Source: Octopus bimaculoides (Eukaryota). From it: a stretch of 63,784 nt of DNA. The position numbers and the translations under genes are program-made. Of the stretch, positions 10,821 through 23,644 are shown piece by piece. Location: contig NC_068988.1 of NCBI RefSeq assembly GCF_001194135.2, positions 55,117,767 to 55,181,550 of the forward strand. The letters run 5' to 3'. Position 1 is the first letter of the stretch, and each line of letters opens with the position of its first letter. Below the pieces are notes generated by a model. That model saw nothing but the letters and a program-made list of their open reading frames with translations. It was not told the DNA's origin and ran no database searches.

Positions 10821-11037
10821 CCCTTTAGCATTCAGATTATTCTGTCAAAGGTAATGTTTATTTATTCACATTGTTTTGAATAAATCATACATTATCTCGT
10901 AGCTTCGAGATTTGGATATGCTTATTTATTTTTAGAATGACATTGTTGTGTAGGTGTGAGAGACCGAATCTAGCCGGTTTGAACATAAAACCAGTGGAGT
11001 GGATGGGCCTGATATGGTCAGTTTAAATATTAAAGAG
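10821..11037. mobile_element. piggyBac-type (CCCTTT...AAAGGG) MITE, decayed
   Basis: Starts CCCTTTAGCATT and ends AATATTAAAGAG, with TTAA-like flanks. Confidence 0.55.
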
Positions 11038-12574
11038 TTTAAAATTCTGGTCTCGGTTGAGAGTTGAGTGATACTATACATTCGTATTCAAAAGTGTTTT
11101 GACAACTTCTAGTAACTGATGTAAAATAACAACTCAGGTTAATTTACTTAAGTATTTATGATATTATATAAGTATGGAAGGTTAAAAGATTTTAATTTTC
11201 CAGCTTAATACAATCAAAGTAAGATGTTGAATGTTCACGAAGAAAATTACCTGTCTTGTTTCAAAAACTGTATTTGAAAAAGTTATTTAACAATTTCAGA
11301 CGTGCCTAACGATAGCACGCAAGAAGAATTGCCTATTACCTTTCATCCAAAACCGATAACTCTTGATAGTTCTTGTTAAGCTGCTACCGAGATAATTCAC
11401 ACTACATGCGAATGCTTAGCTTAGTGGTTAGGGTGCTGGACTCATGATCGTTATAGTGTGGTTTTGATTCCTGGACCGGACGAAATGGCGCTGAGAAATT
11501 TACCCTGTGTGCTAAGGATTCTGCCTGATCGCCGGCAAGAGGAATATATCATACTAGCCTTGAAGTCGCCCTTGACGTGGTATTCAGGCTAGCTCCTGCG
11601 GAGGGCACCTTTCAGACCTTCGCTCCCACTATCGGGCCGCTTCGCGGCCCTCTAACCTTCTATAATGAAACTTATTTCTGCAAATGTGCTAGACATTGAT
11701 GCTAATCATAATTTAATCAATAATCGTAGGAGCGAGGTAAATGCAGAAGAAATAGGGGAAGGGTTAGTGGGGCCCCATTTAAGCGGCCCTTCAGAAATTG
11801 AACCTCTTTACGATACTCTCTGGGAGTTCATGATATGAAATGCCTTGTCATTGCTCCAATTTGGTCACCAATATAATGTATTTAGTTTAAAATGCAGTAA
11901 ATACGGGGGGGTGAGTGGGACCCCAATGAGGCAANNNNNNNNNNNNNNNNNNNNNNNNNNNNNNNNNNNNNNNNNNNNNNNNNNNNNNNNNNNNNNNNNN
12001 NNNNNNNNNNNNNNNNNNNNNNNNNNNNNNNNNNNNNNNNNNNNNNNNNNNNNNNNNNNNNNNNNNNNNNNNNNNNNNNNNNNNNNNNNNNNNNNNNNNN
12101 NNNNNNNNNNNNNNNNNNNNNNNNNNNNNNNNNNNNNNNNNNNNNNNNNNNNNNNNNNNNNNNNNNNNNNNNNNNNNNNNNNNNNNNNNNNNNNNNNNNN
12201 NNNNNNNNNNNNNNNNNNNNNNNNNNNNNNNNNNNNNNNNNNNNNNNNNNNNNNNNNNNNNNNNNNNNNNNNNNNNNNNNNNNNNNNNNNNNNNNNNNNN
12301 NNNNNNNNNNNNNNNNNNNNNNNNNNNNNNNNNNNNNNNNNNNNNNNNNNNNNNNNNNNNNNNNNNNNNNNNNNNNNNNNNNNNNNNNNNNNNNNNNNNN
12401 NNNNNNNNNNNNNNNNNNNNNNNNNNNNNNNNNNNNNNNNNNNNNNNNNNNNNNNNNNNNNNNNNNNNNNNNNNNNNNNNNNNNNNNNNNNNNNNNNNNN
12501 NNNNNNNNAAATATTATAATAGCATAAATATTAACCTTAAAAAAGGGGGGGGGAGTAAAGATCTCCCACTTCGG

Positions 12575-12892
12575 TCATGAATGACCGTGGGATTGCACCT
12601 TGAAAGTTCCTCTCTGAGGCAATGTTGTCCGGGCAATGTTGTTCGGGCAATGTTGTTTATGGAAGACCAGCAGTTGCCCGTACATACCAGCCTCTCCTCT
12701 CCACGCCACCGATGTTATCCAAGAGAAAGGAAAAGGTCGATACAGCTTGGCGCCAGGGACGTCGCAACACATTTCTGCAACATGAAATAAAGTGTCTTGC
12801 TCAAGAACACAACACACACACACACAGCCAGATCCAGGAATCGACCTCACTACCTCATGATTGTGAGCCCGAAGTTCTAACCACATCATAAA
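12575..12892 (-). mobile_element. SINE family B variant
   Basis: Head GTGGTTAGAACTTCGGGCTCACAATC...CTTGAGCAAGACACTTTATTTCATGTTGC on the minus strand. Confidence 0.7.
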
Positions 12893-13045
12893 TATTAGCC
12901 TTACTAGTATAGTATTGTACAAAAAAAGATCATATCTTAAATTTACATTGTATATTATACAAGATGGTTAGAAAAGTTCCTTTATCACACACACACACAC
13001 AAATACACATTAAGATGGGTAACCATCAAGTTAAATATATGTCTA

Positions 13046-14325
13046 GTCATAAATGACTAATGGTTTCGCCTCCATAAAGAGCTTAGCTTTACAGATGGCT
13101 CGTCAGACTCTAATAGCCACAGGCATATATCCTCTCTTCGAAATGAAGGTAAGAAAACCGTTTCGGTCAGTTAATTTGTAAACAAAAGAATATTATACGG
13201 TCTGAACTCTAAGGGTTATCGCCCTTAGATGGGTTTGGTCAGCAAATCTGTGCAAGTTTTGGGTAATTTTTCAGAGAACACCCGCACGATTTTCACTAAG
13301 AAAAAAAAATAAAAACTCGAATTTTTTGCGCGGAATCAAGTACCCTGACCTCCTANNNNNNNNNNNNNNNNNNNNNNNNNNNNNNNNNNNNNNNNNNNNN
13401 NNNNNNNNNNNNNNNNNNNNNNNNNNNNNNNNNNNNNNNNNNNNNNNNNNNNNNNNNNNNNNNNNNNNNNNNNNNNNNNNNNNNNNNNNNNNNNNNNNNN
13501 NNNNNNNNNNNNNNNNNNNNNNNNNNNNNNNNNNNNNNNNNNNNNNNNNNNNNNNNNNNNNNNNNNNNNNNNNNNNNNNNNNNNNNNNNNNNNNNNNNNN
13601 NNNNNNNNNNNNNNNNNNNNNNNNNNNNNNNNNNNNNNNNNNNNNNNNNNNNNNNNNNNNNNNNNNNNNNNNNNNNNNNNNNNNNNNNNNNNNNNNNNNN
13701 NNNNNNNNNNNNNNNNNNNNNNNNNNNNNNNNNNNNNNNNNNNNNNNNNNNNNNNNNNNNNNNNNNNNNNNNNNNNNNNNNNNNNNNNNNNNNNNNNNNN
13801 NNNNNNNNNNNNNNNNNNNNNNNNNNNNNNTTTTTTTTTTTTTTTTTTTTTTCTTAGTGAGAATCGTGCGGGTCTTACTCTGAAAAATTACCAAGTTTTG
13901 CATAGCAGAGCGGGATAGAATCCTTAAAGGCTCTATTGACCCGGAAATTCTCTTGAATTCAAGACACAAGATATATAGCCTCTACCTGTATTTCCAGCGC
14001 TACTTGCTGCAAGCGTGAGATTTCCCGTTCGTCGATTAGGGTTGTATAGAATATTTGCGGACCGGAACCAATCTAGGGGCGGAGATTCCCCATTTGTCCT
14101 ATAATACCATCAGATTTGTTGACCAAACGCATCTAAGGGCGATAACCCATCCCGTTTAAAGCTCAGACAACGTATAATATTCTTTTGTTTACAAATAAAC
14201 TGACCGTAACGGTTTTCATGCCTCCAGTTCGAAGGGAGGGTACATGCCTGCGACCATTGGAGTCTGGTGAGCCGTCTGTTAAGTTAAGCGCTTTATGAAT
14301 GTGAAACCATTATTCACTCTATGAC
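13046..14325. mobile_element. Long inverted-repeat (foldback-like) element spanning an N gap
   Basis: 13046-13310 matches the reverse complement of 13850-14325 (for example TTTGTAAACAAAAGAATATTATACG and GGGTTATCGCCCTTAGATG). The right arm has about 200 bp of extra internal sequence. Confidence 0.65.
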
Positions 14326-15244
14326 AGGACTTATATTTAACTTCATATAAATGCGTTACTGCTCTAACTTTTAGAGTGTGCTTCTTTTTTTTTTTCATAT
14401 ATGAATTGACGGTATATATGTATATATAAAACTTTATGTAGATATACTGTAAGAACGTTAAATACTGCGGTATTTGACTTCAGAAAGCATCTCGTATAGA
14501 TGTATAGTGCTAAAAATATTTCATATATCAGTAGCAGATGAAAAATGGCGGTGGAATAGCTAGATCACATGATTTCTGCATGTTTGCATCATCAACCACA
14601 GGTATCCACTATTATCGCATGATAGCCAGACTTCGTCCTAACTGATATACAATAAAATAGTGACTAATCAGTCACCAGTATCATAAATAGCTGGTAGATT
14701 GGGTAAGAATACGTTTTTAGCAACAGAAGCAACATATAAGTGTGTGTGTGTTTGTGGGGGGTATAATCTATGTATATATTAAGCAAAATAAGCATGTGTT
14801 AAGAACATCGAGGGAAGGAGGTACCACAGAAATGGTTTACGGCACAAAAGAAATCACTTTAAACTTGTTAAAATAATATTCTGGATGCCTTTATTTCTAC
14901 TAAGTATAGATGCAGATGTTTTACCTAAGATTAATTTTGAGGATTTGATCAAAGATTTTGCATTTCGAAACAGAAGCAGGAAACTTTTCAAATATAAATA
15001 GTGGAAGTATACAAAAAATAAACATTATTTTCCCTCTTATTGTTTTGTTTCATTTTGGAAAACAAAAATTTACTTTATGGTTTGTTATTGTTTATATTTT
15101 GAATTACATAATCTTTTATGGGGGCACCAAAATCTTTTAAGTACTAAAGGCCTCGATGGGTCTTAATCCGGCAATGTATGTATGTATGTATGTATATGTG
15201 TGTACGTGCGTGTGTGAGCGCGCGCGCTCGTGAGTGTGTGTGTG

Positions 15245-15278
<34 letters not shown>

Positions 15279-15279
<1 letters not shown>

Positions 15280-15497
15280 GCGCATGTTAGGGGTTAGGGT
15301 ATTACACTCATGGTCGTAGGATTGCGGTTTCGATTCCTGGACCAGGTGATGTGTTGTGTTCTTGAGCAAAACACTTCATTTCCCATTGCTCCAGTCTACT
15401 CACCTGACAAAAATTAGTAATCCTCTGACAAACTGATGTCCTGTCCAGGGATGGACTATATATACGTCACAGGGTCCGGTAAACCAGCCCAATAAGC
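15279..15497 (+). mobile_element. SINE family B variant
   Basis: tRNA-like head GGCGCATG...GGTTAGGGTATTACACTCATGGTCGTAGGATTGCGGTTTCGATTCC. Confidence 0.7.
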
Positions 15498-16049
15498 CAT
15501 TATAGTCATTTAAAAGCACAAAAACAGTTAGAGTCAGCTTCATATATTCCTTCATGATATAATCAATTATGACGAATCGAAAATCTTCGTCAAACTACTG
15601 TAACCTAGTCACTAATGCAATTCAATTACCACTAAGAAAAAATAAAAACAGATAATGAAGTAAGTCATACACCGAAAACCTTTGATCCTAGACCCGGGAT
15701 TAAATAACAGCACATCAACTTTGATCTAACCGACTCATGATCAAAAGGCATTCGCATCTTGACGATCTTTCTATGAATAACAACAAAATCGAATATTGGA
15801 TGTATTCTTCCTTATAATAGGGTCAGGGTATGAAGAGGTTTTTGCTGTTGTTTCTAACAGATTGAATAAACACATAGAGACTTCTTTATCGTCTTACCCC
15901 CACCCCCACCCCTTTTTTTTTTGTCAAATCGATGCTGTCAGAGAATCACAGAAAATTTCCGTCTAAAACCTATTGCTAAAATCCCATCATAACGTTTTCT
16001 TATTTTTACGAATTATCTCCCTTGATCTATGAATGATACGCTCAATATT

Positions 16050-16266
16050 CCTTTCTACTCTGGGCACAAGGCCCAAAATTTTGGAGAAGGGGGCCCGTCG
16101 ATTAGATCGATCCCCAATATGCAACTGGTACTTAATTCATCGACCTCGAAAGGATGAAAGGCAAAGTCGACCTCAGTGGAATTTGAACTCGGAACGTAAA
16201 AGCAGACGAAATACCGATAAGCCTTTCGCCTGGCGTGCTAACGTTTCTGTCAGCTCGCCCGCCTTA
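16050..16266 (+). mobile_element. SINE-like family D, CpGs retained
   Basis: GGCACAAGGCC...CAACTGGTACTTAATTCATCGACCTCGAAAGGATGAAAGGCAAAGTCGACCTC. Confidence 0.8.
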
Positions 16267-16934
16267 CAATACGCTCAATATTATTAAAGATGTCATGCGT
16301 TTTACATATATATATATAACAAGCGTCATTATTTTCACAGAAATTTTTGCAGAAATTGAGCGAGTTTTTTCTTTCTTTCTTTCTTTCTTTTCACCATAAA
16401 GCTTATCCATTTTACCAATCCCCAAAGTATGCAAGACAGAATCAATAACTGAAGAAATTTAAAGCAAAACAATGGAACACCAATGTAACGTGCAGTGAAT
16501 AGTTTTAATTTCTGATTGCAGCTGTTTACCTTAACTTACATCCCGATTACTTTGATAAAGCATGAACATCAGATTATCTCAATTCCAATCTATTAGAAAC
16601 CTTCATTTCTTATCTTTTACTTGTTTCAGTCATTAGACTGTGGCCGGCCATCCTGGAGCACCGTTTTGAACTAACTGACCTATATTTGTAAGTATTGTAC
16701 TTATTCTAGTAGGCTTTTTGCCAAACAGCTAATTTATAGGGATATAGACAAACCAACACCTGTTGTCAAGCACTGAGTGAGGGACAAATAAACGCGCGCG
16801 TGCGCGCCCACAAACACATACATATAAAACCTATGCCAGCTTGGAAAACAGACATGAAAAGGTGATAATGAAGATGACGATGACATATATATATATCTAT
16901 ATCGATTGTATCGTTTATCGATTATATATATATA

Positions 16935-17316
16935 GGTGCAGGAGTGGCTGTGTGGTAAGTAGCTTGCTAACCAACCCGAGTTCAGTCCCACTGCATGGCA
17001 CCTTGGGCAAGTGTCTTCTACTATAGCCTCGGGCCAACCAAAGCCTTGTGAGTGGATTTGGTAGACGGAAACTGAAAGAAGCCCATCATATATATGTATA
17101 TATATATGTGTGTGTCTGTGTTTGTTTCCCCTAGCACTGCTTCACAACCGATGCTGGTGTGTTTATGTCCCCGTCACTTAGCGGTTCGGTAAAAGAGACT
17201 GATAGAATAAGTACTAGGCTTACAAAGAATAAGTCCCAGGGTCGATTTGCTCGACTAAAGGCGGTGCTTCAGCATGGCCACAGTCAAATGACTGAAACAA
17301 GTAAAAGAGTAAAAGA

Positions 17317-17317
<1 letters not shown>
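16935..17317 (+). mobile_element. SINE family A, full length
   Basis: Head GGAGTGGCTGTGTGGTAAGTAGCTTGCT and tail CAGTCAAATGACTGAAACAAGTAAAAGAG. Confidence 0.88.
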
Positions 17318-17377
<60 letters not shown>

Positions 17378-17413
17378 CATATATGGCTATATATATGTGT
17401 GTGTATATATATA

Positions 17414-17625
17414 CTCTTTTACTTCTTTCAGTTATTTGACTGCGGCCATGCTGGTGCACCGCCTTTAGTCAAGCAGACAGATCGACCCCCAGGATTTATT
17501 CTTTGGAAGCCTAGTACTTAATCTATCGGTCTCTTTTGTTGAACCACTAAGTTACAGGGATGTAAACACACCATCATCAGTTGTCAAGTGATGTTGGAGG
17601 GACAAACACAGACACACAAACATAT
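17414..17625 (-). mobile_element. SINE family A 3' half, inverted relative to the preceding copy
   Basis: Reverse complement of the 17140-17317 tail sequence. Confidence 0.85.
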
Positions 17626-17630
17626 ACATC

Positions 17631-17677
<47 letters not shown>

Positions 17678-18268
17678 NNNNNNNNNNNNNNNNNNNNNNN
17701 NNNNNNNNNNNNNNNNNNNNNNNNNNNNNNNNNNNNNNNNNNNNNNNNNNNNNNNNNNNNNNNNNNNNNNNNNNNNNNNNNNNNNNNNNNNNNNNNNNNN
17801 NNNNNNNNNNNNNNNNNNNNNNNNNNNNNNNNNNNNNNNNNNNNNNNNNNNNNNNNNNNNNNNNNNNNNNNNNNNNNNNNNNNNNNNNNNNNNNNNNNNN
17901 NNNNNNNNNNNNNNNNNNNNNNNNNNNNNNNNNNNNNNNNNNNNNNNNNNNNNNNNNNNNNNNNNNNNNNNNNNNNNNNNNNNNNNNNNNNNNNNNNNNN
18001 NNNNNNNNNNNNNNNNNNNNNNNNNNNNNNNNNNNNNNNNNNNNNNNNNNNNNNNNNNNNNNNNNNNNNNNNNNNNNNNNNNNNNNNNNNNNNNNNNNNN
18101 NNNNNNNNNNNNNNNNNNNNNNNNNNNNNNNNNNNNNNNNNNNNNNNNNNNNNNNNNNNNNNNNNNNNNNNNNNNNNNNNNNNNNNNNNNNNNNNNNNNN
18201 NNNNNNNNNNNNNNNNNNNNNNNNNNNNNNNNNNNNNNNNNNNNNNNNNNNNNNNNNNNNNNNNNNNN

Positions 18269-18319
<51 letters not shown>

Positions 18320-19042
18320 CTGAGGTTGGTTTGTTTGCCAAAATCTTCCCTTCAAGGCAGTGCCCCAGTATGGTCAGACCTTAATGACAAAAACAAGTAA
18401 TAAATAAGAGATACAATCAGTGTATCTTTTATAATTGTATTTGCATAGACAAGCATGCACACATGTACACACATGAACACATGCATGCACACACGCACAC
18501 ACATACACACACGTGCGCAATTCATTATATATACATATAATAAATTTGGCACAATCTTTCAAATAACATTTAATAAAGGCAGAATACTTTTCTGCTTTCA
18601 TACTTTTATTATTAATTAATTAATTCTGGAACTAAACTCATGCTTCATGGAATTAATAGTGCTATACATTAGTATATTTATATTTATATTGAAAGGCAAC
18701 AGGAATTGCACCTAACATTAAAATAGTAATCACTTACGGAATTCCATATGCATTCAATTTGCATTTTTATAATCAACTGGAATGCATTCTCTTTTTTTTA
18801 TATTTTATAGCTAATATTTACAGTTAATACCATATATATATATGCTTGTATGCAGTGTGTGTGTTTGTGTATGTGTATGCAGATCTATGCCAATGTGTAA
18901 TTAGAAATATTTAACCTCCACTGTATGTCTTTTGTTTTGTTCGCATACCCATCTATATGTGTGTATGTATGTGTGTATACACACAGACACACATATATGA
19001 ATATGTACACACACTCACCACATATGCATTTATGTGTGTATA

Positions 19043-19081
<39 letters not shown>

Positions 19082-21349
19082 GCACATANNNNNNNNNNNN
19101 NNNNNNNNNNNNNNNNNNNNNNNNNNNNNNNNNNNNNNNNNNNNNNNNNNNNNNNNNNNNNNNNNNNNNNNNNNNNNNNNNNNNNNNNNNNNNNNNNNNN
19201 NNNNNNNNNNNNNNNNNNNNNNNNNNNNNNNNNNNNNNNNNNNNNNNNNNNNNNNNNNNNNNNNNNNNNNNNNNNNNNNNNNNNNNNNNNNNNNNNNNNN
19301 NNNNNNNNNNNNNNNNNNNNNNNNNNNNNNNNNNNNNNNNNNNNNNNNNNNNNNNNNNNNNNNNNNNNNNNNNNNNNNNNNNNNNNNNNNNNNNNNNNNN
19401 NNNNNNNNNNNNNNNNNNNNNNNNNNNNNNNNNNNNNNNNNNNNNNNNNNNNNNNNNNNNNNNNNNNNNNNNNNNNNNNNNNNNNNNNNNNNNNNNNNNN
19501 NNNNNNNNNNNNNNNNNNNNNNNNNNNNNNNNNNNNNNNNNNNNNNNNNNNNNNNNNNNNNNNNNNNNNNNNNNNNNNNNNNNNNNNNNNNNNNNNNNNN
19601 NNNNNNNNNNNNNNNNNNNNNNNNNNNNNNNNNNNNNNNNNNNNNNNNNNNNNNNNNNNNNNNNNNNNNNNNNNNNNNNNNNNNNNNNNNNNNNNNNNNN
19701 NNNNNNNNNNNNNNNNNNNNNNNNNNNNNNNNNNNNNNNNNNNNNNNNNNNNNNNNNNNNNNNNNNNNNNNNNNNNNNNNNNNNNNNNNNNNNNNNNNNN
19801 NNNNNNNNNNNNNNNNNNNNNNNNNNNNNNNNNNNNNNNNNNNNNNNNNNNNNNNNNNNNNNNNNNNNNNNNNNNNNNNNNNNNNNNNNNNNNNNTTTGT
19901 TCATGCTCTGAATCCTTTTTTGTCCATTTTTTTTGACGTCCTGTACCCGGATATGCATCTATATATATATGAATACATAAAAATATATATAAAGGGGGCC
20001 ACTAGGTGGACTTCTAATGTGCTAGAAGAAGATCACATGTCATGTGTCTGCTAAGACCGAATAATTCTCAAAGGGAATTTAGCGAAGTAACAAAAACGTA
20101 AACGGGCAAGACTAGTGAAAATTACATAAAAAAATACAATTATCTGTAAACATGTTTCGAAATTAATACTTTCTTACCGAAAATATCTGTTTCTCATCAG
20201 TACAGACCGTTGGATTAATACAATTTACAGGATCACACACTAAGTTGTATGCCACAAATAAAGCACGTGTGTACGATTCTATTAAATTATATTTATGGTA
20301 AGATTCACCATTTTATGAAGTATTTGTGGTGTTTTTGTATCTTAGACATTTTCAACTTGGCGGAGCCCATCCCATTGCAGGTCAGAACACAGTGGATTTC
20401 TTCCAGAGAGAAAACAAGAAAGACCCAAGAATCTCATCCACAAATAAGGGACTGGTATTTTATTTATCAAATCTGACAGGATGATATGCAAAATAAACCA
20501 CGGTGGGTTTGAACTCAGAATGCAGAGAGGTGAGGTATTTGATGGAAAAAAGCAATTAACGAAAACCTGTAAAAAAGAAAAAAAACCTAAGTTTCTATGA
20601 GTTACCCTGCTGTAAAATATAGACCAGAACCCTGGTTCAAATGAGATCAATGGTACTATGCTAAAAGACAAACCTAGAAAGAATGAAAGAAAATGGACTG
20701 TAAAGAACAATATCCTATATACTAATTGAAAAGTCAAGCTGTTGCCACCTCTGCCCATCCTGTTACAAGGGGTCAGTTGGTGACCCCTTGACCCTGTATA
20801 AATTTCTATTGCATAATATAATTTGTACACACACACACACACACACAAATGATCTGTTGGATCAGCTATAGTCTATTGAAATGAATATAGTAAATATTTC
20901 CTGCAGACCAACAGTGGGATAAAATGTAATGTCAAAGTTAACTAGCAGAATTTGAACTTGGCCATTAATCAACGAAATTAATTACTGCTCAGCATGTTAC
21001 CATCTGTACCACCCTGATAGACCAGATAGTAATATCACAATAAATTGCATTTAGATAATAGCAATAAAAATGGTTTCAAGTTTTGGCACAAGGCCAGTAA
21101 TTTTAGGGAGTGGGGATTTGTTGCATAATTCTATATTTTATGATCTAAGTTTGCATGTTTTCAAAACAACAAAGAATTGAAGTTAAACAAAGTTTAATAA
21201 AATTAATAAAATTTGTTGATTAGTCATCATTAGTTGCATTCAGTGTGGCATAGCAAGTAAGCTTGCTAGTCAAGTAACTAGAAGGCAAGTTAAATGTTGG
21301 GTTTAGCATACAGAGAAGCTGAAAACTAGAGGTTTGCTTGTGTTCTGTG

Positions 21350-21835
21350 TTGAGGGAATCAGGAGCGAGAGATGTTCAGGATTACAAATTAGAGTGACTC
21401 AAAGTGCTTCTGGGGAAAAATATGTTCAAAATGACTGTGGTCCTCACTGATACTGTGAAGAAGGAGGTTTGGTGATGTTGCTACAAGAGTAAAATGTGTG
21501 GAAAGAAAATGAACTCCTAAGTAAACCCAACAGAGGTTACCAGATACTGAACTGGGCAGTTACATGGTCAAAATGGCTATAATGAATATGAAGACACAGA
21601 AAACAGCTGGTCTATCAGAAATAGGTACTGAAACACTGAAAAGGTTGGCAAAGTAGAGTTCAAGCTAGTTACTCACATAGTCAACCTAGTAATTGAGAAT
21701 GGTGTCATACCTAACGACTGTCATCGTAATATAATCATCAACTGCCATAAAGGCAGAAGATATGCTCTAGAAAGAAGCAACTAAAGAGGTATCAAATTGA
21801 CAGCCCAAGTTATGAAATTAACAAAAAGAGTTTTA
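21350..21835 (+). mobile_element. RTE-clade LINE, 5' part of the RT region, decayed
   Basis: KLVTHIVNLVIENGVIPND...IINCHKG...ERSN*RGIKL..QVMKLTKRVL. Confidence 0.75.
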
Positions 21836-21875
21836 ATAATTATTACAACATCAATAGTTAATTGAGTTACAATCA

Positions 21876-23640
21876 ATGAAGTCTGAAAATTCAGTAAGTT
21901 CGTTTATGCCAGATGGTGTGGCAAACTTGATTTCTGAATTCACTTATAATCTGGAGGAGGGTACTACGTTGCCTGTGTACTATGGAAGGTACAAGGAAAT
22001 TTTTAACAAAGGCTGCAAGTCATGGTCAGATGAGGAGAAAGCAAGGCTATTACTATGCAAGGTAGCTCTGGCTGAGCATGAATGCTACCGTAACTTTATA
22101 TTGCCCAAAAAGTAGAGTGAGATTACTTTCCAAGAAGCTATTGAATTACTATAAAAGATTTTGTGACAAATGTTCATTATTTAACACTCGAGTGGAGTGT
22201 TGGAACTTAACAAAAAATGACAATGAACACTTTATTACACATGCCAAAATAGTCAACTGTATGTGTGAAAACTTTCAACTACAGGACCTCACTCAGGATA
22301 TGTTTAAATCCCTTATTTTCATACAAGGCCTTACAGCAACCAAAGATAGGGAAATTCGGGCAAGGATTCTCTCAAAAATGGAGCAAGCGAACCAGGATTT
22401 AATTCTACAGCTCATTGCAGAAGAATGTCAAACAATGGTAAACCAATGAAGCACAATGTGAAAAAAATTCAAGAGATAGATTCCATAAAAATACAGATGT
22501 GTCAACCCAGAGAGTATAACCAAAAAAGAGTGCCAGGACTCAATCCATGTTACAGCTATGGAGGCCTACACTTCATTAAAGAGTGTCTATTTAAAAACCG
22601 AAAATGCTAAAGTTGTCAGAAACTTGGTCACAAGAGCTCACACTGCAGGACAAGATTATGAAGGTCGAACATAAAAAGTTCTAAAGTGTTTTCAGCAGAA
22701 AGTGAATATCATACAAAAACAAGAAAATTCATACACATAAAAATATATGATGTAAATATTAAACTACAGTTGGATACAGGTAGTGATATTTCAATCATAA
22801 ATGTGGATACATGGAGAAAAATCAGGAAATTGAGGTTACATAAAACAGAGAAAATTTCACGTGGCGTGACGGGTGATAAATTACATTTTATGGGCGAAAT
22901 GTGTACAGACATCACATTTCTAGGAGAAACACGCGAAGCAAAAATATTCATTGTGGAGAATACAACCAATCTAGTTGGTACAGATAGGTTGGAGTTATTT
23001 GACTTATGGCACCTCACCGTAAGTCTCTTCTGCAAAAACATAAATGATTGTCCCAGTAAAAATAAATTGTCTAAGGAATTGAAGAGAAAAATTGAAAAAG
23101 ATGTTTCCTCAAATACTATCAGAGGACTTAGGTCTACATAAAAAGACTGAAGCCTTCTATCAAGTAAGTGAAAATGCTAAACCTGACAGAAATGTACCAT
23201 TTGCAGCAATTGAAATTGTAAATGAGGAGTTGGACAGACTGGAAAAGAGCAGAATCATCGAAAAGGTGGATTACTCTAAGTGTGAGATGCTAACGGAGTG
23301 CATGAAAAAATAAAATAATAATATTAGGCTGTGTGCTGATTTATCTACTGGATTGAACAACTGCTAAAAGACATTTCACCATCGACTTCCGACTTCAGAG
23401 GACATTTTTGCAAAATTAAATGGTGGAAAATTTTTCTCAAAATTGTATCTGTCTGACGCTTATTTACAGATTAAAGTAAATGACAAATGCTCAAACTATC
23501 TAACAATAAATACACATAGAGGATTGTACAGGTATACCTGGTTACCTTTTGGATTAAAGGTTGCATTAGTAATATTTCAGCAAATCATGGACGCTATGTT
23601 ATCTGATTATGAATTTGAAATCCATTATTTGGACAATATA
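21876..23640 (+). pseudogene. Ty3/Gypsy (K02A2.6-like) gag-protease-RT relic, frameshifted, no adjacent LTRs
   Basis: Gag-like WSDEEKARLLL; twin zinc knuckles (CYSYGGLHFIKEC...CQKLGHKSSHC); protease LQLDTGSDISII; RT IRLCADLSTGLN, FSKLYLSDAYLQI, THRGLYRY..LPFG, YLDNI. Confidence 0.9.
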
Positions 23641-23644
23641 TTAA

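Noticed and set aside
15287-15300. TTAGGG-like repeat
   Set aside because: Only about two units, part of a SINE B head; not an interstitial telomere.
2276-19958. Long ORFs rich in X, YI, HT, CV or poly-T/V
   Set aside because: Artefacts of N gaps and di/tri/tetranucleotide microsatellites.
20342-20848. 168-aa hydrophobic minus-strand ORF with an apparent strong acceptor at 20567
   Set aside because: Overlaps a decayed family D SINE (~20450-20530) and poly-A/T runs; no recognisable family.
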